Shown in pieces: positions 26,699-34,223 of a DNA stretch of 34,223 nucleotides (position 1 is its first letter; each line of letters begins with the position of its first letter). The stretch covers positions 1 through 34,223 of the forward strand of contig JWZX01002320.1 of NCBI GenBank assembly GCA_001275005.1, read 5' to 3'. The notes below the pieces were generated by a model. It was not told the DNA's origin and ran no database searches. It saw only the letters and a program-made list of their open reading frames with translations. Position numbers and translations under genes: made by a program. The DNA comes from Chrysochromulina tobinii. Its lineage: Eukaryota.

Positions 26699-29633
26699 AT
26701 GTCATGGAGCTTGCCGACGCTGCTGCATGTCGTGTGCATGCTCCTATCATGGAGGCTAACTACCGAACAATATGCACAGAACCTGACATGCTGCACTTCA
26801 CAGAATTCGGAGTCTGGGCGCATCGGACGGTGCGACCATCTGGCACAGCACAATGGCTGCCGAACCGATTGGATCCGAAATCGCTGCCCTGTAGCGTGTG
26901 GAAATTGCAGCGTTTGCGACCCAACCAGGCGCGAGATTTACCAAAAGTTATACCTGCGGACGGCCCGCATGCGGGCCAAGGCTGCGCCGAGCGAGGTAGC
27001 GTACACCGAGAACATGAGCGTGCCATTGGATGAGGCCCGGAAGATGGCGATTCGCACGGGCAAGGAGCTGTCACGGCGCGCGCGCCGCCTGCTAGCCGAA
27101 GAAGTGATACGCGGGCTCTCGTTCTCGCACTACGTGGTCGATCCAGCGTTCGACATGCCGCTCACGCAGCCCATCTTCGACTTCGTTCGCTTTCGCCGCG
27201 GCCGCGCCGATCAGATCCGATGGCCTCGGTAATGGGAGGCCTGATTGCGTCCTATCAGATCCAATCGCTAATGGGAGGCCTGATTGTGTCCGATCAGATC
27301 CGAGATGGTGACGGGAGGCCTGATTGCGTCTGAGTGCCTCTGGAGGCGTAGACGTGCCGTTGAGTGCACCCTGATGACGTCTGATTGTCTCCCTCATCAG
27401 GCACGGCATCTCGTTGGGGGGCGTGGACGTGATGCGCAAGCTGGCTCAGCTGGTTGATGACATCCTCGAGCGTGGCATACGAGGGAGCTTTGTGGAAGCG
27501 GGCGCGTGGAAGGGCGCCAACGGCATCCTGGTGCGCAAATTGTTCGACGCCGCTAGCGACGTGGCCGACCAAATGCGCAAGGTCTACTCCCTCGACACAT
27601 TTGCCTGGTTCCCGAACAAGACGAACAGCACGTACTATGCGGATCGCGGCATCGTCGAGGGCTTCTACGCGTCCGGCCGCTGGCATCCTAACTTTTATGC
27701 CGACCTGCGCAAGGTGAAGCAGATCCACACCCAGTTCGGGATCAATCTCCAATACGGCGGCCTGAAGCTACTCGATGGAGACTTGGAGCAGCTCGCACCC
27801 GAGCTTGCCATCTCGCTACAGAGCGACGCCGAGAAGATTGCGCTGCTCGTCGTAGACACGAACCACTACAAGGGTACCTGGGAGACGCTGAAGGCACTCT
27901 ACGCCCATGTGGCACTCGGCGGCTATGTCCTTCTCGGCGACTACGGCTCGCCTCCGTCCCGGCGCGCGGCCGACGACTTCCGCGGCTGCATGGGCATCGA
28001 GTCGGAGCTGGTCTTCTTCTTGCCGCACGGCTCTCCGCACGGAAGGCACGGCAAGGCATACTGGAAGAAGACGGAGGAGCTGCCGCCTTCGAAGCGCTTG
28101 AACGCGCGGTGCGAAGCTATGCCTTCGTTGACGGTTGGGTTCGGTGCGAGCCAAGACGTGTCCTTCGTTGTCGCGCACGAGACCAAATTAGGCGAGGGTA
28201 AGGACTTCCCGCCCGTCATGCGGCTGGCACCCCTTACAGTCTCCGCGCGCCCAACAGCGCGCGAAGCCTTCAGCCGCGCAGCCAGATCGTGGAGCAGCGC
28301 CAAGGGTTCGTCATGTTTCGTCGACGTGCTGCTGTACGGCCTCATCCGATCGGACGCGATGCTCGAGTACACGACGCCGACGCTCCGCTCGCATGGGCTC
28401 GAGCCGTTGGAGGGCCACGGCTGCCTGCACGTGCATGCCTACTGCCTCGAGGCGCGTTGCAACATGTCCACTGCGAGCACGTTGCTACGACGCCTCGGAG
28501 CTGCGTCGTTGAACGTAACCGCCGCACTGCCACCCCCCGCACTGCTTGGGAAGCGCATCGAACTCGAGTGGAACGCGCGGGACCCGTCGTTGGATGCGAT
28601 AGCGCGGATGATCGCGAGGGATGCTCGCAAGCGACGCAGCGAAACCATCCATCGGTGGCGCTGTGGCGTGCACAGCCTGTCGCAGGCCTGGGCCGCTGCG
28701 CGACTGCACACGCCCGCCAAATACGGCGAGGCGCCCTCTGGCCTGGTGCTGGTCTGCCGGATCGATGCCGCCTTTGTGGCGAGACCAGCACCGATAGGGC
28801 ACCTTCCTAATATGGATCTGATCGATCACCTGTGGGCATCAGATGCGTGGGAGGCGCACGAGCGTCACACGGTTTTCGTGCCCGAGTTTCAGCACTATGG
28901 CGGTCTCAACGACCGTTTCGTCTTCGGCTCGGCAGCGGCTGTGGCCATGCTGATCTCCGCTCGCGAGGAGCAATCTCGACTGGGGGAGACTTTTGCGGAG
29001 CAAGCCATGTGCTCCGCCGTATTGGAACACAACCTGTCGGTGCGCACCACGACGATCAGTTTCGTACGCGTGCGCGACGACAACTCCATCCCACCCGTTG
29101 ATAGTGAGACGGTCCTGTCCAACGCCTCAGCGCTCGGCACAACGCCCGATACAAGGTGGTGGAACGGGCACAGCAACGGCATGTGCCTCAGCTGCGTGGG
29201 CCTCGCAGGCCGCTGCTTAGGAAGCGAAGAAGCGGCGGCTTACGGCCTCAACCCATACCACTCCTTCTGCCCCGGCCAACTGTGCCAGCTTCTCACGTCC
29301 ATGAACAGCCGCCTAGGGGCTCTCGTTGACAGAGCTCAGCTGGCCGGTCTTCACACGTTGGCCCGTTCACGGCCGGCCATGTTCGCAGCCTTCAATCGGC
29401 GAATCGCGCGCGGCACCAAGCGGACCGAGTCCATGTTAGGCAAGTCCAGCCCTCGGAGCCGCCGAGGGAAGATGAGGCAGCCCGAGAGGTCGACGCAGCC
29501 TAGCGACGCTCAAGTCGCGGACGCCAAGAAAGCACAGGCAGAGCTGGACGCCCTAGTGCACGCGGATCTCGAGCTCATAAACCAAGCCGAGCGGGAGAGC
29601 CGCCGTCGGTCTGTTCTGAGACCCATCTTCTGA
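26699..29633 (+). CDS. Secreted/membrane protein: ShK-like domain + TylF/MycF-like O-methyltransferase + putative glycosyltransferase-like domain; exons 26699-27228 and 27401-29633
   Basis: Hydrophobic N-terminus. ShK-like C..LAQHNGC.TDWIRNRCPVACGNC. TylF-like WPR|HGISLGG, IRGSFVEAGAWKG, VYSLDTF, IALLVVDTNHYKGT..LKALY..VALGGYVLLGDY, AYWKK. Second domain VLLYGLIRS..VLVCRIDAAF..VFVP..YGGLNDRFVFG. Start uncertain (26633, 26684 or 26699). Confidence 0.82.
27229..27400 (+). other. Family A intron in the ShK-TylF gene
   Basis: GTAATG...CTGATTGTCTCCCTCATCAG. Contains repeated copies of the upstream exon end (ATCAGATCC) and GGAGGCGTAGACGTG, similar to the downstream exon. Confidence 0.88.
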
Positions 29634-29934
29634 ACAGTCACACACACAGTGTCTGACTCTGAGAGAACTCAGGCGGGAGAGCGGAGGCGGTAGGGGCAAG
29701 AGCGTGTCGCACTGAGTCCACACTGTACTCACAGTGGCGGGGCCATGTTGCGCCCGCCCGCGCCCGCCCGCCCGCAAGGCGCCTGACCGCCTGCCTATCT
29801 TTAGATTCCGAGTTGGCTACTGTACCGTGGCGGGGGAGTGCGACGAAACTGACGAACAGCCATTCACAGTCACTTCTCCGCTCAGAAGGGGTCCAATCGC
29901 GCTGCAGGGTCGCTGGGGTTGGCCGGCCGCTCCC

Positions 29935-31419
29935 ATGGCGGAGTGGGTCAAGGTCCAGGATGGCATCTTCAGTTACTACTGGAACGAATCCACAGGCGAG
30001 ACCGCTTGGAAGCTGCCGGAAGCAGCAGCGGCGGCGCCCGCTTCACCTGCAGCGGCAGGAGCAAAGCCAGCTATAGCCTCCTTGCACCCATGGACACCTG
30101 CAGCTTCGACTGCTGCTGCTACCGCGCCGAGCCTTGGCGTAGCTGCACGAACATCAGGTGCGTCCTCATCGAGCGTGCCCGCTGTTGCCGCGGCTAGCTC
30201 TAAGCAGGCGATCTCACCAGCGTCGCCTCCGAACGGCGGCGGTGGCAGTGCGTTGCTACCAGCTCGACTCGGCGGCGACGCCGAGTCCGGAAGCGATGGC
30301 GCGCGGTGGCGACGGCGGCGCACGTACAAGCCGCTGGTACGCACACCGCTGGACGATTCGGACGACTCGTACTACTCGAGCGACCTCGGCGATCCCGATT
30401 CATCCCGATACACGACGCCCCGAAGCCGGCTGCGTGGGGCGCCGCCCGCAGTTGGCTCCTCACCAGCGGGCCCGAGCGCACCAGCCTTCGGCTCAGTCGA
30501 GCTGCAGCGCACCGAGCTCGCCTTTCATCAGGCCGTGCGGCGCCGCCAACCGCTCGATTTCGAGCAGGAGCACCGGCAGCAGCAGCGTCAGCAGCAGGTC
30601 AGCCAGCTGCAGCAACAGGGCGCTGCAGCCGCGAACACTGAGCGGGAGATGGCCATGCTGCACGCCGAGATACGACGAGATACGCAGAGGGCACAGCCGC
30701 CGCCGCGGCCGCCGCCGCCGCGGCCGCCGCCGCCGCCGCAACAGAAGCAGCCGCCGCCGCAGCCGCAGCCGCCGCAGCCGCCGTCGCAGCCGGCTTCGAA
30801 GGCCTTCGAAGATTCGGTTGACCTACCATATAAGGCAACCCTGCCTAGTAATGCGACCAACGCCGAGATTTCGGTGCTGATGCCTCAGTCAAAGGCATGG
30901 TACCAGAAGGCCGACGGCACGCGTTCTGTCTGCACCATCGCCAAGGTGCATTACGACGACCAGCCGCCCTACTACACGATCAACCTTGATGGGCAGGAGC
31001 GATCGACAGTGCGTACCAAGCTGACACCCTTTGCTGGCAAGGAGGAGGACCATCGGGGCGGGCCTGCCTTGCCAGCCCCTCCCGCCGCCGCGGCCGTCGC
31101 TGACGTTGACAGCGAGGAGTCAGCGAGGAGTGTCGCCACCGTCGACATCGCACAGGGGCCAGGGCGGCAGTCTGAGGTAGCGGCGGGCGCGGCGCCCGCT
31201 CCGAGTGCGCCGCCGGAGGACGAGAAGGAGCGCAAGGCGAGAGAGCGCGCGGAGAGGCTTGCGGCCCACAATGAGAACATGCGGAAGCAGCGCGAGCAGC
31301 AGCAGCAGCAGCAGCAGAAGCAGAAGCAGCAGCTGGAGCAGAAGAAAGCGGCGCCGGCGGCACGGGCAGCAAAGGCGGCGGCGCCGCCGCAGGGGGCCAA
31401 GGCAACGGCGCAACGCTCT

Positions 31420-31452
<33 letters not shown>

Positions 31453-33033
31453 AGCGAGGACGACGAGGACACTATGCCAGCTGCCTTGGGGATGGCAGCT
31501 GGCAGGTTGCGAGCGGCGCAAGGCCGGCGCAACCCTGTGGGAAACCCTATCGATGCCGCGCCGGTGGCACCACCCAAGCCGGCGCCACCACCCAAGCCGC
31601 CGCTGCGGCCGTCCGCGGCCGCGGGCGCAGCAGTAGCCGTCCCTGCAGCCGTCCCTGCAGCCGTCGCACCGGGGCCGGCTAGGGCGCTTACGCCGGACGT
31701 GACGCCCAAGACGATCATGCGGCGCAAGGCTGCTCTTGAAGCGGAGGCGAGGGTCGAGGCGGCCACGCAGGCGGCATGGACAGCAGACAAGGCGCGGGTG
31801 GAAGAGACGAGGCAAGCGCGCAGGAGGTCCTCCGTGCGAGAGGGCGACGAAATCCAGTGCGGTTTCGTCAGCTCCCCCGAGGCCGACGGTTTCGTCAACG
31901 GTTTCGTGAGCTCGTACCCCTCCTCACCCGAGAATGCCGGCGGTTCGGCTCGGAGCACTCGGCGGGAGGCGCGCCTCGGTACCGATCGCGCCAAGCTTCA
32001 TGTGGACTTGTCGCCCGAGCGGGAAGGCAATTTAGAGGAGCAGCTCGCAAAGATCAAGGCGCAGGTGGCGCAGGAGCAGGACACGTCCCGCTTGCGCCAG
32101 CTGGATGCCAAGGTCGCGGAGCTCGACCGGCAGTACCAGAGGCGCAGGGAGCAGCAGTCGGCCCCGGTGCAGGGTTCGTCAGCCCCGGGTTCGTCGGCCC
32201 TAGGGGCCTCGCCCACGACGGCGCTGCTCCACCCTGACGGCATCGACCCGATCGCAAAGTCCGCAGTGCCCGCGGCGGCGAAGGCCCTCGAAAAGGTTCG
32301 GAGGCATTCGAGTAGCCATCTGCCGCTCGACGCGCCCTCGCCAGATGCGCCCTCGCCGCCACCACCGACGCCGCCGGCACCCTCTGCTGCGCCCTCGCCG
32401 CCACTGCCGACGGCCGCCCCGCCTCCACCCCGTGCGTTGTATCGACCCAAGGGAGCCGCCATGACAGAGCCGGCGGCGCTAGCCCCTCCGACGCCAAAGG
32501 TCATCACAGAGTCAAAGGTCTTCACAGAGTCTTGGGAGGCATCGGCACCGCCCGCGCCGACGGCTGCCCCGCCTCCACCCCGAACGGTGTATCGGCCCAA
32601 GGCAGCGGCCATGCTCTCTCAGGGCGCCATGTCGGGCGCACTGCCCCCGCCACCGCCGCCCGGGGCACCGACGCCCAAGGCCTCGTCGCGTCCGTCGGGA
32701 CGGAGCAGCCGCCGGAGCGCCGCCCGGAACGGCGCCCAGAGTAGCCAGCGAACTTCACAGCGAGCTTCACAGCGAGCCCCAGCGGCCGTTGCCGAGGATG
32801 AGAAGGCTCGCAAGGCGAGGGAGCGAGCGGAGAAGCTAGCGAGGCATAATGCCGCTCGAGCCGCTGCCGCGCCGATCACGGAGCTGGGCTTGCCGCCGCC
32901 GGCCCCGTCATCGAAGACGACACTCCAAAAGGAGGCGGAGAAGAAAGGCGCCGCGTCGGGCGCGTCAGCCAAGGGCAAGGCGGTGGCCGAGAAGAAGAAG
33001 GAAAAGACCGTCACCGGTTGGTTTGGGAGATGA
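29935..33033 (+). CDS. WW-domain, proline-rich, largely disordered protein with a central SH3/Tudor-like barrel
   Basis: MAEWVKVQDGIFSYYWNESTGETAWKLP fits the WW consensus. Central AWYQKADG..CTIAKVHYDDQPPYYTINLDGQERST; poly-P/Q/E tracts; duplicated helix EDEK.RKARERAE.LA.HN. Confidence 0.8.
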
Positions 33034-34223
33034 TACTTCCGAGTACCTTCCGAGCCGCGACCAGCCCAGTCCCCTGGAGCTGGACCGAGACTATTCGAGA
33101 CTATTCTATCCCGCGAGTTACTGAACGCAACGGCGCACAGGTGCGTCTTGCCGCTTAGCCGTTCGAGCTTTACTGCTTTAGGCCGGCACGCACGCGCGGG
33201 GGCTTGCCCAGGTTTCAGAGCGGGCCCCCCGCGCGGTTTGTCTAGTGTAGTGTAGAAAAGTTTGCTTTTGGTGACCGGACCATACCTATACACGCACGCA
33301 CCCTAGGGCCTGACGAACATAACCCGAACGAGATGGGTGTGTACTACGGTACAGTACAGTCTGCAGTGGTGCACACTAACTAGACCCCCCTTAGTAAGAA
33401 CCCACACCTCGAACCCCGCTTTTCCGACGGGGGGTGGGTTGGGAGGTTTCGTTTTCTTTGCTGTGTGGCGGTGTTGGACGTCGCGGCCGCCCCCGTAGAG
33501 GGGGGTGGACCCACTCTCCCCCTGTGGGGAAGGGTGGTGACGTTATTGGTTGTTTGCTTTGTTTTGCTTTGTTTTGAGAGTTGCGAGCCTGATCATAGTC
33601 AAGGCGACTCTCTGAGGGGGTATTGATGGACTATCAAGTCAAATCAAAGGTGGTAAGGTGTCAATCAGAATTCCTCAAATTCATCAAGGAAAAGAGACTT
33701 CGCGAAGTTTTTGTCGATTCACGAAGACGTCGTCGGCTCGAGAACAGGCCACCTGGGCTGAGCTCGGGCGTGCGCTGGCTGAGGCTGCTGAGGTGAAAAG
33801 CGGAGTGGCGAGTGTCATAGGGAATCTGCTGGCTTTCGGGCAGGCGCTTCGCGCATAGTCAGCGATTGTTAGTGGCAAGTCAAGGTGGCTGTGCAGGGCT
33901 CCGGATTCGTTTGTTGTTCCTGATTTGTCGTGCGCGCGCAGCGTGGGGAAGCCTCCATGTTGCGTCTTCAAGAGGGTGCTCGAGAGAATCTTTGAAGGAG
34001 ATGCTCGTCTGTCTGGTCATTCGTGATGGTGACCGCCATTCTGCGAATGTTGGGTTGTAGAAGGGGTGGACTCGCGGCGATCTGAGAAAGGTCTCTTGGA
34101 CCATAAAAAACCCAAAAAGGGTTTCTTGTCTAGTGTGCTGCTGCTGTTCAACACAACGCGCACAACCTCCGGACCCCCAAGCACGAGGGCCTCTATCGCT
34201 ATGGACGGAGGTGTGGCCGACAC

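Overview
GC-rich, gene-dense eukaryotic genomic DNA with spliceosomal introns. It is most likely from a haptophyte alga (Chrysochromulina-like); this rests on composition and recalled intron motifs and is not verified. I support 12 protein-coding loci: a 5'-partial GPS/GAIN polycystin-1-like membrane protein, a 10-exon USP47/USP40-like deubiquitinase, a small MGC-start protein, a hypothetical beta-rich protein, FMC1, PIG-T/Gpi16, an RBR E3 ligase fused to BspA-type LRRs, a frameshifted acyltransferase-like gene, two TylF/MycF-type O-methyltransferases (one with ShK and GT-like domains), an ankyrin protein and a WW-domain proline-rich protein. Main signals: (1) 15 of the 16 introns I could define belong to two repetitive introner-like families that usually carry copies of the flanking exon, often with nested AG|GT sites suggesting recursive splicing; (2) the FMC1 stop and PIG-T start overlap as ATGA, implying a bicistronic mRNA; (3) the RBR ligase has about 20 near-identical 69-nt LRR units with variation focused on three codons; (4) 11 perfect CArG boxes, CC(A/T)6GG, all inside coding exons. 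Exon structures were deduced by hand from GT-AG sites and frame continuity, without transcript evidence.
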